From the IMG/VR virus record IMGVR_UViG_3300036766_000889: DNA of 64,000 nucleotides. One strand, written 5' to 3'. Of the stretch, positions 18,787-28,677 are shown piece after piece. The notes under the pieces are model-generated. The model searched no databases, had not been told where the DNA came from, and saw nothing but the letters and a program-made list of their open reading frames with translations. The DNA comes from a virus. The first letter of the stretch is position 1, and every line of letters starts with the position of its first letter. The position numbers and the translations under genes are program-made.

Positions 18787-19540
18787 TGATATAGTATGGT
18801 CTAAAGAAAATGCTATATCTAACGTTCGAATTCGGGTCCGTGACTTGTTTGAGATAGACCCCGACATCAGAAAAATTTTGAGTGACGCAGAAAACCCGTC
18901 GGACGCGAGTGTACCAATTCTAGAAATACTCAAAAAAGAAAAATTAAATGAATTGGTATTGGAAGAAGTTCTAGGTGAACTTCTAGGAGAATTAGAGCAG
19001 TATAGGAATTCAGAGCCAGGTTTATATCTGGTCGACTCAAAGACTGGAAAATCTGTTATAAAATTACGGGAAGGCGCAGTTTACCAACCTCCGGATTATA
19101 TCGGAGAAGATGGCACTAAGCGAAGAGCGAAGCCGATTCTCCACCCCGGAATATCTGTTCCGTTAACTATGCTAATTCATGAAGAAGGACGGTTATCCCT
19201 GGCAAAAGAAAAACCAGGGTCGTCAAAAGCCCTGACTGCCGTACTCGATCCTACCTCTATCATTCGTGAAGCAGAGTTTAGGCTTCAAGAAATGGGATAC
19301 AAAGTAGGACCGGTAAATGAAGGGGTTGTTGAAAAAATTGAAATAGGCAGGGAGTACTATGACCCTCTGCAATCAAAAAATAATCAGTTCCATCGTCATT
19401 CCGCGTTCGGTGCCATACTTGCTAAAAAAATAATGAGCAAAATGCAGGATTTCGAAAAATGCGAATTGATGTCGATTGAATCAATGAAGAACTCGAAACA
19501 ACGCTGGTATGAAGTCTCCGTTAAATATGACATCGACTAA
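18773..19540 (+). CDS. hypothetical protein
   Basis: 255-aa ORF; GGAGGT SD upstream. Confidence 0.65.
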   Translation: MIMSNDIVWSKENAISNVRIRVRDLFEIDPDIRKILSDAENPSDASVPILEILKKEKLNELVLEEVLGELLGELEQYRNSEPGLYLVDSKTGKSVIKLREGAVYQPPDYIGEDGTKRRAKPILHPGISVPLTMLIHEEGRLSLAKEKPGSSKALTAVLDPTSIIREAEFRLQEMGYKVGPVNEGVVEKIEIGREYYDPLQSKNNQFHRHSAFGAILAKKIMSKMQDFEKCELMSIESMKNSKQRWYEVSVKYDID

Positions 19541-19541
19541 G

Positions 19542-20108
19542 TCATTTGATATTACGTAATCTGGTTCTTTCTTCCGCTATTTGGAATTCCATACACACCA
19601 TCGCTAGAACTGAAGCGAGAGCCCACTGAAAATCGGGTATTCCGATAACCGGCGTATTTTGAACGCCCTCCAAAACTTTTGGTATATCGTCTATTCGGCA
19701 TCTGAATCTGAGTTGTACATACGTCCCCATGGGCAGGAACGGAATGATGTCAGACGGATCAATGAGATATTGAGAGATTTTCTGGAAAACTTGAACAACT
19801 TCATCCGTCCACTGCTTTAAAGCCATGTTGGATCTGATGTGAGGAACATCAATTCCGGCCGCCGCATTGTTCATTCTCTCCGCAGTCAACTGCGGAATCC
19901 AAACCGAAATTGGTTCTTTCACTTTTAGTCTATCGACCCACCCAGATCCTAGAAGTGATGGAGTTATGGCTTGGAGAAGTGTGTGTGGGAGACATATTTC
20001 AAGAGATGCTTGACGTGTCTTAAAATCTTTAGCTTCAAGAATGACATAGCCATGCCCGAAAAACCTTGAGTTTTCTGATGGTTCTGGCTTTTTATCAGGA
20101 CCAAACAC
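19542..20108 (-). CDS. hypothetical protein, possibly a degenerate ThyX-like fold
   Basis: FLPMGTYV segment only loosely resembles ThyX; no RHR motif. Confidence 0.5.
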   Translation of the reverse strand: MFGPDKKPEPSENSRFFGHGYVILEAKDFKTRQASLEICLPHTLLQAITPSLLGSGWVDRLKVKEPISVWIPQLTAERMNNAAAGIDVPHIRSNMALKQWTDEVVQVFQKISQYLIDPSDIIPFLPMGTYVQLRFRCRIDDIPKVLEGVQNTPVIGIPDFQWALASVLAMVCMEFQIAEERTRLRNIK

Positions 20109-20112
20109 TACT

Positions 20113-20394
20113 TCATTTCCAATCTGGATGACTCGTTAACTCTAAGTCGATATCAGTAGTACGAATATTTGGTTCATGTAGTTTCAATCTTGCCCATAGG
20201 ACGTCAACATAAATTTTGTTTCGGCGTGCTTTTATTAGTGTTTGTCTATGTGCCTCCTCTGGTGTTCGGTTATCCTTCATTCCAGGATCGAGAACTGCGT
20301 ATAAAAGTTCATTATACTGAAGTTGAAGTTTCTCCAGTTCTTGACTTGGCGTCGGTTTTTCTACTTCAGGTACTTGTTTTTTTGGTATGTTCAT
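20113..20394 (-). CDS. hypothetical protein
   Basis: GAGGAG SD upstream. Confidence 0.55.
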   Translation of the reverse strand: MNIPKKQVPEVEKPTPSQELEKLQLQYNELLYAVLDPGMKDNRTPEEAHRQTLIKARRNKIYVDVLWARLKLHEPNIRTTDIDLELTSHPDWK

Positions 20395-20414
20395 AACTTC
20401 TCCTCATCGGGCAG

Positions 20415-20633
20415 TCATCGTTCTATTCTATGTCGCGATTGACTCGCAACCAGTCGTTCAGCGTCAACCACTTCTTCTTCGGTAGCCTCTCGAACTTCAC
20501 CTAAATGATTTTTGATCATGATCTTGCCATCGTGATCACGAAACATGATAACGTGCTCCTCAGACGGTGTGGGCAAGCGAGGCCTATTGTCTTTCAAGGT
20601 AATACTCATTTGGTAACCACTCCTAGACAGCAA
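20415..20633 (-). CDS. hypothetical protein
   Basis: Shares a motif with 15389-15673. Confidence 0.5.
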   Translation of the reverse strand: MLSRSGYQMSITLKDNRPRLPTPSEEHVIMFRDHDGKIMIKNHLGEVREATEEEVVDAERLVASQSRHRIER

Positions 20634-20898
20634 CCCATTGATCTTGCTTTTGAACGATAAGATGCAACAACTCTAGATATGCTATTAAATGTGTGCTAAA
20701 CGTAAATGTAATACGCATTTCAGTTGACCAAACTTTGATTTGCTTAAGCGTCTTAGGCTGCTGTAGATACGTAAGCAAAGGAGCACTCCAGACATCCCAG
20801 CGAGAATCTTGTGCCGCTGGTACATCTTTAGATGTTGGTACGGGTATGCCGTTAAGCATATGTGTACTTTTCCTAGTACGTGCACGTTTCTTTATCAA
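20623..20898 (-). CDS. hypothetical protein
   Basis: Operon context. Confidence 0.45.
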   Translation of the reverse strand: MIKKRARTRKSTHMLNGIPVPTSKDVPAAQDSRWDVWSAPLLTYLQQPKTLKQIKVWSTEMRITFTFSTHLIAYLELLHLIVQKQDQWVAV

Positions 20899-20907
20899 GC
20901 TTATCTT

Positions 20908-21207
20908 TCATGTACTACCAGCTAAGACACAAGGAAGGCATAATGTCTTCGTTACAAACCCGTTTACAGTTCGTTTAATCAAAATCTCTTGAGAACTGGG
21001 TGCGAGCCATACAAGCTCTTTACAAGAATCACAAGCCACTTTACCACTACCGAGAACGGGCTCACATTCTGTCGCTCTCATGGCACACATGGTCATTGAC
21101 TGCGAGTCTTCTGTGAAGTCTTGCTCCGGCTTGATTTCTACCCCTAACGCTTCTACCTTCTTCCGTAACAAAAGCTCTTCTTTCAACTTTCTCGTATTCT
21201 TACTCAT
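20908..21207 (-). CDS. zinc-finger hypothetical protein
   Basis: CDSC...CLPC. Confidence 0.55.
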   Translation of the reverse strand: MSKNTRKLKEELLLRKKVEALGVEIKPEQDFTEDSQSMTMCAMRATECEPVLGSGKVACDSCKELVWLAPSSQEILIKRTVNGFVTKTLCLPCVLAGST

Positions 21208-21457
21208 ATTTCCGTACTACCTCGTAATTGTCGCACACTGGGCCAAGTATTGTCCACGTTCTTCTTGCTTCCACAAGTCGGATAAATCCAATTGTGCATC
21301 CCAGTACACGAGCACCAGTTCTTCAAGAGAAAGCATGCCAGCTTCTGCCTTCTGTTGAACTGCTGGCAAGTCACACATTTCGTAAACTGTTAGCATTTAC
21401 TTTCCATGGTTTCTCTGGCAAGATTCCAGCCATTTATGGTTTACGGTATGGTCATAT

Positions 21458-21745
21458 ATGGAAATACCAATAACCAACGAAGAAAAATCTGACATGGAGT
21501 TTATCGCTCTTGGACTTTCTAATGAAAGTGTATCTGAAGGGCTTCAGTTCCTGTTAGATAGAGAAAAAAGTCTACTTGAACAACTTGAGACTGGAGAAAT
21601 GAGAGAAATCACACTTCATAACATGACTATTTTACTGGCTGCGGCTGCTAGGATAACGGATCTCGCAGATGCAGAAATGGTAGATGCAGAAATGAAAGTT
21701 GTTTCGAGGTCCATTAAAAAACCCGAAAACAAACCCGATGAGTAA
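21458..21745 (+). CDS. hypothetical protein
   Basis: Upstream GTATGGT motif. Confidence 0.55.
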   Translation: MEIPITNEEKSDMEFIALGLSNESVSEGLQFLLDREKSLLEQLETGEMREITLHNMTILLAAAARITDLADAEMVDAEMKVVSRSIKKPENKPDE

Positions 21746-24619
21746 CTAACCAAGTCCGAATAAATCAGCTATTGTCCTAAATCGAGCTGGGTCGACTTTA
21801 ATACCGGCTTCATCTGAAACGAGAATCGTTCCATTCGGGTTTAAAATTCTGAGCAGGGTGTTGCCCTCAGTCAAAATGCAAACCGCATGTAGTCTCCGCA
21901 TATTGTATTCATTCCTTTGAGCTCGAAAAGTCCAGCGAAGAACCTCCGATTCATCATGCTTACCATTAGGGTTTTGAGTGTCAGTCGATTTGCTCGGTTT
22001 TTCGGGCGTTTTAGGGGTAGCTTCCGCACGCTCTTGTACTTTTGGAGTGTCAGAGAATGCTTCAATATCTAGTTTGATGTCGTCAAAATCAATCGATATT
22101 TCCCCGGAAACCTCTGGAGACACTTCTGAAGGAACGTGTTCGGTTTCATCAGACTGATTTGATAATTTCAATTCATCAATTTTAACATCAGGTAAGGCTA
22201 ATATCTCAGGCGTTTTGACTTCAGTGTCGGGTTGGGGTGGAAGCTTTAATTCAGTCTTGACTTCAGGTAGAACGTTTTCAGTAGTGTTTTCAGTCATAAC
22301 TTTTACGTTATCAAGTCTTCTGATGCTAGGCTTCAACCAGTCCGGTATCTCCTGATACATACGACCGTCTAAAAAGTAGTAGCCTTTCTTGATCTTTCCC
22401 GTATACTTACCGTTTTCATCAACACTATTAAGATCAACTGGCAAACCATTAACCATTTCAAAATAATTGTATCTGGCCTTCCAGTTCGTATCGATTCCGG
22501 GTTCGGTTAACAACGGAACCACCCATGTACGACCATGCGCCTTTGGGAGTCTTCCTGGGATTGTCATCCATTCGTCAATTAGTGGGATGATTTCCATCAA
22601 ATACTCAGGTTTGATCTCAAACACGATCTCATCGTGAACGGTTAAGACGTAGCGACAGCGATCCTTCCAGTTACGTGCACGAAGCTGTTTATCTATGTAA
22701 CACATTGCGAGCTTGATTACGTCTGCAGAAGTACTCTGGATCGTATAATTAATAGCGCAGCGTTCTGCTTTCTTTCGGATTGATTGTATCTGGCTTTCAA
22801 TCGTCGGTATCGGGATCTTTCTTCCAAACGCGGTAAGAATATACTTATACTTCTTGGCGTACGCTTTTTGATGGTCAACATAACTCATCAAAACCGGCAC
22901 GTCTGACCGTAGATTGTTCATGTGACGTTGAGCGTCTTCCATCGAACAGCCAACGTTACGTTGAATTGCCCCCGACCCGCCGCCATAAATAAATGCGAAG
23001 TTACAACGTTTTCCGCGATTACGTTCGTCCTTGTTGATTTCTTCTTTTCCAAACAAAGTACGTGCGGTAATACTATGAACGTCCCCGTCTTTGTTTAAAA
23101 AGGAGTCAGTCCAAACAGGGTCTCCAGACAGATTAGTTACGACACGAAGTTCTTCACCTGCATAGTCGAATTTCACTAACGCCCAACCTGGACGTGGGAT
23201 TATGCATGTGCGTATCTGTTTAAACAATTCAGGCTTGTCTTCATCAGAGTCACGCGGTATGCCCTGGAAGTTGACACCCGAGTAACCATTAACGATTTTG
23301 TCAGCCTTACATGAAAGACGTGCTGTATCGGTACCCATTTGGTTAAATGACGGTCGAACGTCGCCATTTTTATCAACCGCTAAGATGAGTTTCTCAACAT
23401 ACGAACCCTTCATCTTTTGGTAGTGACGCCACTCAAGTATTAAATCAAATACACTATCTGGTTTTTCTTTCCCTTCACGTTTCACCATGAATTTCGGACC
23501 GTAAGCACGGTCCATTGACTTTAGTGCTTCATCCTTGAGTGAATACTGTTTTTGTTCCTCATTACCATCGTCATCGTCATCGTCATCATCAGGATCTGAC
23601 AATTCTTCGCCAGACTCACCTATCATCTCCGGAGTAGGTTTTAGCTTCATCCCCTCAGAGTCAGTAATCAGGGCCATGGAAAGTTGTTTCGGAGATCCAA
23701 CGTTCAACGTCAACCATTTGCCGGATCTCTTCGTACGAGATTCTATGACATCACGGATCAAGTCACCAACGCGGTCAAGTTCTAGTCTGCATTCAGTGTC
23801 GAGTTGTACGGCGCGTTCAATATCAACGTGGACGCGATTACGCTCCATCTCGCGAACGACGTTGCAAAAAGACTTCTCGAGCATATATATGCTTAAGTCA
23901 CCTTCTGACAACTTATCACGTAAAACATGGTAGTTTTTATATGTGAATATTCCATCGGAACATCCATATATCAAACCCTCTTTTGGATGTAGAACGGCGA
24001 AGTTCTTAGTGGAACGTTTGTCTCGTTTAAGCTGTTCCACCATTTCTGGCGTGAACAGTTCATCGAGTTCAATCATGTCAACGCCGAAATTTAACTTAGT
24101 TAGCGGCTTAAGACCAGCCGGATTACCCTTCAAAGGCGATATTACTTTCGCCATCAAAAAAGTGTCTTCGTACTCGCCATTTTTCCAGTATTCTTTGCCC
24201 GTTACAGGATATAAGAATTCGGCGTCGAATTTTTTGTTGTGAAAAATAACGCGACAATTGTTAACGAGTCTCGTTAACTCATCCCATGACAGATCCCATG
24301 GTAAATTTCCAGATTCTTCCGGTTCATGAGATAAAGGTATGTAATATCCGTGTTGACCATCAAATGATATGCACACACCAACAATTCGATCTACAGTCCT
24401 TATGCCATTTCTAGTAGTTTTTCCATCATCAAAGTATTCATCGGGATATATGCGATTATCAACACCTGTCGACTCGAGATCGAGCGAACACAGATTTCGA
24501 CTAATGCACATGTCAACGAGTGTCGCAAGCTCTCGGACAGTCGTTACTAGACGGAAACTGTAGTTTTGAAACCAGTCTCGTTGTATGTCGATACGGTCGT
24601 CTAGTCTTTGGAGCTGCAT
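21746..24619 (-). CDS. polA: DNA polymerase family A with 3'-5' exonuclease
   Basis: LDLESTG, FHNKKFD, motif A DYAGEELR, motif B RGKRCNFAFIYG, motif C VHDE. Confidence 0.93.
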   Translation of the reverse strand: MQLQRLDDRIDIQRDWFQNYSFRLVTTVRELATLVDMCISRNLCSLDLESTGVDNRIYPDEYFDDGKTTRNGIRTVDRIVGVCISFDGQHGYYIPLSHEPEESGNLPWDLSWDELTRLVNNCRVIFHNKKFDAEFLYPVTGKEYWKNGEYEDTFLMAKVISPLKGNPAGLKPLTKLNFGVDMIELDELFTPEMVEQLKRDKRSTKNFAVLHPKEGLIYGCSDGIFTYKNYHVLRDKLSEGDLSIYMLEKSFCNVVREMERNRVHVDIERAVQLDTECRLELDRVGDLIRDVIESRTKRSGKWLTLNVGSPKQLSMALITDSEGMKLKPTPEMIGESGEELSDPDDDDDDDDGNEEQKQYSLKDEALKSMDRAYGPKFMVKREGKEKPDSVFDLILEWRHYQKMKGSYVEKLILAVDKNGDVRPSFNQMGTDTARLSCKADKIVNGYSGVNFQGIPRDSDEDKPELFKQIRTCIIPRPGWALVKFDYAGEELRVVTNLSGDPVWTDSFLNKDGDVHSITARTLFGKEEINKDERNRGKRCNFAFIYGGGSGAIQRNVGCSMEDAQRHMNNLRSDVPVLMSYVDHQKAYAKKYKYILTAFGRKIPIPTIESQIQSIRKKAERCAINYTIQSTSADVIKLAMCYIDKQLRARNWKDRCRYVLTVHDEIVFEIKPEYLMEIIPLIDEWMTIPGRLPKAHGRTWVVPLLTEPGIDTNWKARYNYFEMVNGLPVDLNSVDENGKYTGKIKKGYYFLDGRMYQEIPDWLKPSIRRLDNVKVMTENTTENVLPEVKTELKLPPQPDTEVKTPEILALPDVKIDELKLSNQSDETEHVPSEVSPEVSGEISIDFDDIKLDIEAFSDTPKVQERAEATPKTPEKPSKSTDTQNPNGKHDESEVLRWTFRAQRNEYNMRRLHAVCILTEGNTLLRILNPNGTILVSDEAGIKVDPARFRTIADLFGLG

Positions 24620-24659
24620 TAAACAACCTTACACCGGAACTGCAACTGTATAATCAAAA

Positions 24660-25775
24660 ATGGATAGGAATTTATATGATGTACTTGGTATTCAAAAGAA
24701 TGCTTCTCAAGAAGATATAAAGAAGGCATTCAAAGAACTTGCTCTGAAATTCCATCCAGACAGAAATCCTGGGGATATATCATCAGAAAATCAGTTTAAA
24801 GATGTGAATGAAGCTTACCAGACGCTATCAGACGTCACGAAGAAGGCAAACTATGACCTTCGTGAATCTTTCTCATTCGGGTATCAAACGAGAGCCAATA
24901 CGAGGTCCGGGACCGGACCGAACATATCAGATTTTAGAAAAGCTGTGGAAGACATGTTCGGAAGGACTCACGGAAGGACTCAGGGTGCCCAAAATACCGT
25001 TTGGGGTTCCCAAAGTACCCAGGCAACGCAACAACCCCAAGAAGGAACTTGGCACCCGTCTCATGACATTCCTGGAGAAGACATAGAGACGAGTGTAGAG
25101 ATAACACTCAAGGAGTCAATTAGTGGGTGCAAGAAACCGATTAAAATACATGGAAACCGGTCGTCTCCCTGTAAATCGTGTGGGGGAACCGGAGGGCAAC
25201 CCGGAGCCAGGACAATAGTATGCTCGTCATGTGCCGGTCGTGGATCTGGGGTGAGCCCGAATGGCATGTCCGCAAGCATCCGAAAGTGCATAGTTTGTCG
25301 AGGTCGCGGCAAGGTACCGCTTGCTTTATGTGAAGCTTGCTTAGGCCACGGACTCGAAACTTACGCGAAAGAAGTTACAGTCAGTATACCGGCTGGCATA
25401 GAAAACGGACAACAGCTTCGTATTTCGGGTCGCGGCAACCCAGGTCATCCACCAGGGGATCTATACATTAGTGTTCGAGTTACAGATGATGGGAGGTTCC
25501 GTCGGAATGGGATGGACATCCATTGCAACGTTAAAGTCATGTTAAAACAGGCGATTCTCGGCGGGTATATATCAATCAATGGACCTGACGATTCAAACGT
25601 GGACGTTAAAATTCCGCCTGGAACGCAACCCGGAGATGAAGTTAAAGTATCAGGAGCTGGAGTTAAAGGTGCACACTTACGTGGAGATTTCGTCGTACAC
25701 GTGACAGTTGATTTGCCGAAAGTTCTTTCTCCACGCGGAGAAAAATTACTTGACGAGCTACTAGACGATAGATGA
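24660..25775 (+). CDS. dnaJ: DnaJ chaperone (J-domain, zinc finger, C-terminal domain)
   Basis: HPDRN; four CxxCxGxG repeats; IPAG and IPPGTQPG. Confidence 0.92.
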   Translation: MDRNLYDVLGIQKNASQEDIKKAFKELALKFHPDRNPGDISSENQFKDVNEAYQTLSDVTKKANYDLRESFSFGYQTRANTRSGTGPNISDFRKAVEDMFGRTHGRTQGAQNTVWGSQSTQATQQPQEGTWHPSHDIPGEDIETSVEITLKESISGCKKPIKIHGNRSSPCKSCGGTGGQPGARTIVCSSCAGRGSGVSPNGMSASIRKCIVCRGRGKVPLALCEACLGHGLETYAKEVTVSIPAGIENGQQLRISGRGNPGHPPGDLYISVRVTDDGRFRRNGMDIHCNVKVMLKQAILGGYISINGPDDSNVDVKIPPGTQPGDEVKVSGAGVKGAHLRGDFVVHVTVDLPKVLSPRGEKLLDELLDDR

Positions 25776-26189
25776 TTACGGTTCGAATCCTTCAGCGTGA
25801 GTGAGCCAGTTTCCTGAGCGTATTTCTCGACAGTGTGCAACTTGTCTCGGAGTAAGCAAGTACGTCTGTACGGTCGAGCCGTCGGTCAGTTGGATGGGCT
25901 GGCGGCGATAGAGTGACGGGTGATCCTCGAGTTGGTCGAGCGCAGCGAGTTGGTCTTCGTTGACTTCGAAGACCTCACCAACGATCGACTGCGACCCGCC
26001 AGCGACTACCCCGGGGAATCCTCCGAGCGAGTGCATGCGATAGGCGGGCATGGTCATGGCCGGTCCCACGAACCGCGCTCGCGACAGCAGGCGGTGGTTC
26101 CCTTCTCCGCGCAGCAGGGTTCCATATACGAACACCAGCGACGTCGTCATAATTTCCCCTTGCGGCTCGAGCCAGAACCCGGCGATCAA
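25776..26189 (-). CDS. gamma-glutamylcyclotransferase (GGACT/AIG2-like)
   Basis: VFVYGTLLRGEGNH...GEVFEV...LDQLE..YRR. Confidence 0.85.
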   Translation of the reverse strand: MIAGFWLEPQGEIMTTSLVFVYGTLLRGEGNHRLLSRARFVGPAMTMPAYRMHSLGGFPGVVAGGSQSIVGEVFEVNEDQLAALDQLEDHPSLYRRQPIQLTDGSTVQTYLLTPRQVAHCREIRSGNWLTHAEGFEP

Positions 26190-26193
26190 AGCA

Positions 26194-26601
26194 TTATTTA
26201 TTCTTTGGCGGTGGATAAGAAGAATCTTTTTCAGGAACCGTATTTTGAATCACGCGCAAAACTGGTCCCCATCCATGTGCTATTGCCATTGATTCTAGTA
26301 CTGTGTGTCCGATCATCGTAAAGGCTCCGGCAAGCATGCCAGCATTGATGGCACCGCCACGACTCGTAACGAATTCAATTGATGGCATGAATGGCCAAAG
26401 CGCTCCCCAAAGCGCTCCCGCAATAATCGGGTGTAATGGGAGAGTAGAACGTGCGAATAGCCATATCCCGCCATTCTTAGCACGTTTCTTCGTCCAAATT
26501 CTCTTCTTGGCGACCTGCCCGAATAACCATATTACTAGTACTTGAGTGATGAATGGCCAGTATGGGCCAGCTTCTGCAAGAATTTTCGTCAAATCTGGCA
26601 T
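26194..26601 (-). CDS. membrane protein (holin-like)
   Basis: Three hydrophobic helices. Confidence 0.5.
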   Translation of the reverse strand: MPDLTKILAEAGPYWPFITQVLVIWLFGQVAKKRIWTKKRAKNGGIWLFARSTLPLHPIIAGALWGALWPFMPSIEFVTSRGGAINAGMLAGAFTMIGHTVLESMAIAHGWGPVLRVIQNTVPEKDSSYPPPKNK

Positions 26602-26666
26602 AAATCACCTTCTAACTCAGTTGAGAAAGAAGGCTTATCGTAAACTCAATACTAACAAGATAAAAT

Positions 26667-27395
26667 TCATGTTCCAGTTCCATGTTCAAGATAGAACTCT
26701 TTGTAAATGCCGGTAGTAAGTCCATAATCTAAAAGGACTAAATTTCCTGAAGCAGACTTACCCCAGTGTTCAAGTACTACTAAATCTTCGTACTCTAAAC
26801 CAAAACCTTTTAGTTTTTCAAGAATTTTAATTGCACTCTTGCATGACTCTTTATCTTGATCAGTAATAGGTTCAGATCTATAAAAATGGAATTCTTCAAC
26901 AAACAGATCGTATGCTCGTTTTGATGATAACCCATCGGCTAAAATAAATTGAGCAAGAGTTCCGAAAAGGTTCATACTTACGCCCGCTAATGACTCGAAT
27001 TCATGATTATTATTAATCGGCCTAACGAGTTCTGATAAGATCCATCTAAATTCATGATCAGTATCAAATATTTTGGTGCATATTTGTTTAGTTTGTGGAT
27101 TTGTGTACATATCCACTTCCGCTCGATTTTGAGCAGTTCCAGCGCCATTTTCGCGACCACGAAATGAAATGGCGATTTTTAGTACTTTAGATCCACTCAA
27201 TAAATAACAAGCTCTTGATGACCCTTGTCCAAGTTTCTTTAGTTTATCTCCAGCGTATTCATTCATTTCGTTCGCTGAATTAAGGTTTTTAAACTCATTC
27301 CAGTCAAACTTATTACTTTTGTCTTCATGCCGAATCCCAAATCGGTTCGGTTGAGTCGCCAAACGAATGGCTATGCGAAATAAGTCCATACCCAC
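26667..27395 (-). CDS. protein kinase-like fold protein (paralog 1)
   Basis: LGQGSSRACY, VLK, NRAEV, EDL, LLDYG. Confidence 0.7.
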   Translation of the reverse strand: MGMDLFRIAIRLATQPNRFGIRHEDKSNKFDWNEFKNLNSANEMNEYAGDKLKKLGQGSSRACYLLSGSKVLKIAISFRGRENGAGTAQNRAEVDMYTNPQTKQICTKIFDTDHEFRWILSELVRPINNNHEFESLAGVSMNLFGTLAQFILADGLSSKRAYDLFVEEFHFYRSEPITDQDKESCKSAIKILEKLKGFGLEYEDLVVLEHWGKSASGNLVLLDYGLTTGIYKEFYLEHGTGT

Positions 27396-27470
27396 TTTTT
27401 TCGGCCCGTTTTAGTCCACAATCTCTTCTTCGCGACTTAACCAATCAACCAAATTACATTTCTGCTGACA

Positions 27471-28184
27471 TTATGTACCCGTTCCTTGTTCACGATAAAA
27501 TTCTTTATATACACCGGTAGTAAATCCATAGTCAAGAAGAACTATGTTTCCTGAAGCAGATATGCCCCACTGCTCAGGTGACAAATCTTCATACCTTAAG
27601 TCAAGACTTTTCAGATTACTGAGAATCTCGGCAACATCTTTGTTCTGTTCATGTTGTTTATCACGATCGTCAATATCATGAGACTGTACCTCGATGATTT
27701 CACGGCAAATTTCATCGACGGAAAAATTTCTTTCAATTAATCTAGCAATCAAAAAAAAGTCTCTAGTTTTAACGCCCATTTTTGATTCGAATTCAGAATG
27801 ACTGGTGATAGGTCTAACCAGTTCAGATATCACCCATCTAAATTCAGGGTCAAAATCGAAAATTTTAGCGCAAATAGGCTTCGTCTTTGGATTTGTATAA
27901 ACGTCAACTTCTGCTTTGTTTTGAGCAATTCCTGCACCGCCAGTTTCAATACCACGAAATCTTTTGGATATCTTCAATACCTTTGATCCGCTCAAAACAT
28001 AACATCTTCTAGATGACCCTTCCCCAAGCCTTTCTAACCTTTCATTAGCATAATCATCCATTTCACGAATAGAACTTAGATTCTTAAACTCAGATAAACT
28101 GAATTTATTACCTTTATCCTTATGTCTAGTCCCGGACTCAAGTGGGACAGAAGATATACGAGCAGCTATTCGAAGAAGATCCAC
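27471..28184 (-). CDS. protein kinase-like fold protein (paralog 2)
   Basis: LGEGSSRRCY, VLK, NKAEV, EDL, LLDYG. Confidence 0.7.
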   Translation of the reverse strand: MDLLRIAARISSVPLESGTRHKDKGNKFSLSEFKNLSSIREMDDYANERLERLGEGSSRRCYVLSGSKVLKISKRFRGIETGGAGIAQNKAEVDVYTNPKTKPICAKIFDFDPEFRWVISELVRPITSHSEFESKMGVKTRDFFLIARLIERNFSVDEICREIIEVQSHDIDDRDKQHEQNKDVAEILSNLKSLDLRYEDLSPEQWGISASGNIVLLDYGFTTGVYKEFYREQGTGT

Positions 28185-28206
28185 GCTCGAAATATATAAA
28201 AAAAGC

Positions 28207-28677
28207 TTATTTTCCTACTATGATCGCGTATGTACCGTGACGCCATACATGAACAACAGCCGTTCTTAAAGCACGGGATGCTTCAATGATATCTGTAGGA
28301 AACTTTATAGATATATTAGCTTCGGCTTCCCAACACTCTGGGAATGCACCACCCTGTCGTGAAATATTTTTAGTGGAACACTCCGTTTTGTTGTACATGG
28401 AGCACGACCACCGCTCTGAGCATAAAGGTGATGAAATCTTCAATAACGCTCCGACAGGAGGAGTCTTCAAAAGTGACTTCAGTTCAGTGTCGTAACCTCG
28501 TTTCGCTGATTCAAGTGCTTCACGCGAAGCTCTTGTGCAACGATCAAGAACATCTGCTGACGCAATAATCACTTCCGGATCGTTCATTTCCGGGATGCGT
28601 TCAGGATCAAATTCTGCAATTTTCAGTTCTTCACCGGTACTAAGGTCTATGATATAATCAACCGGGTGGATCAGCAT
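28207..28677 (-). CDS. hypothetical protein
   Basis: Overlaps the end of the primase ZBD gene. Confidence 0.55.
   Translation of the reverse strand: MLIHPVDYIIDLSTGEELKIAEFDPERIPEMNDPEVIIASADVLDRCTRASREALESAKRGYDTELKSLLKTPPVGALLKISSPLCSERWSCSMYNKTECSTKNISRQGGAFPECWEAEANISIKFPTDIIEASRALRTAVVHVWRHGTYAIIVGK

Noticed and set aside
19542-20108. Functional ThyX thymidylate synthase
   Set aside because: The RHRxxSxxxxSxR signature is absent
23535-24563. Antisense ORFs within polA (likewise within dnaJ, rsr, dnaB and structural genes)
   Set aside because: Shadow frames of well-supported genes
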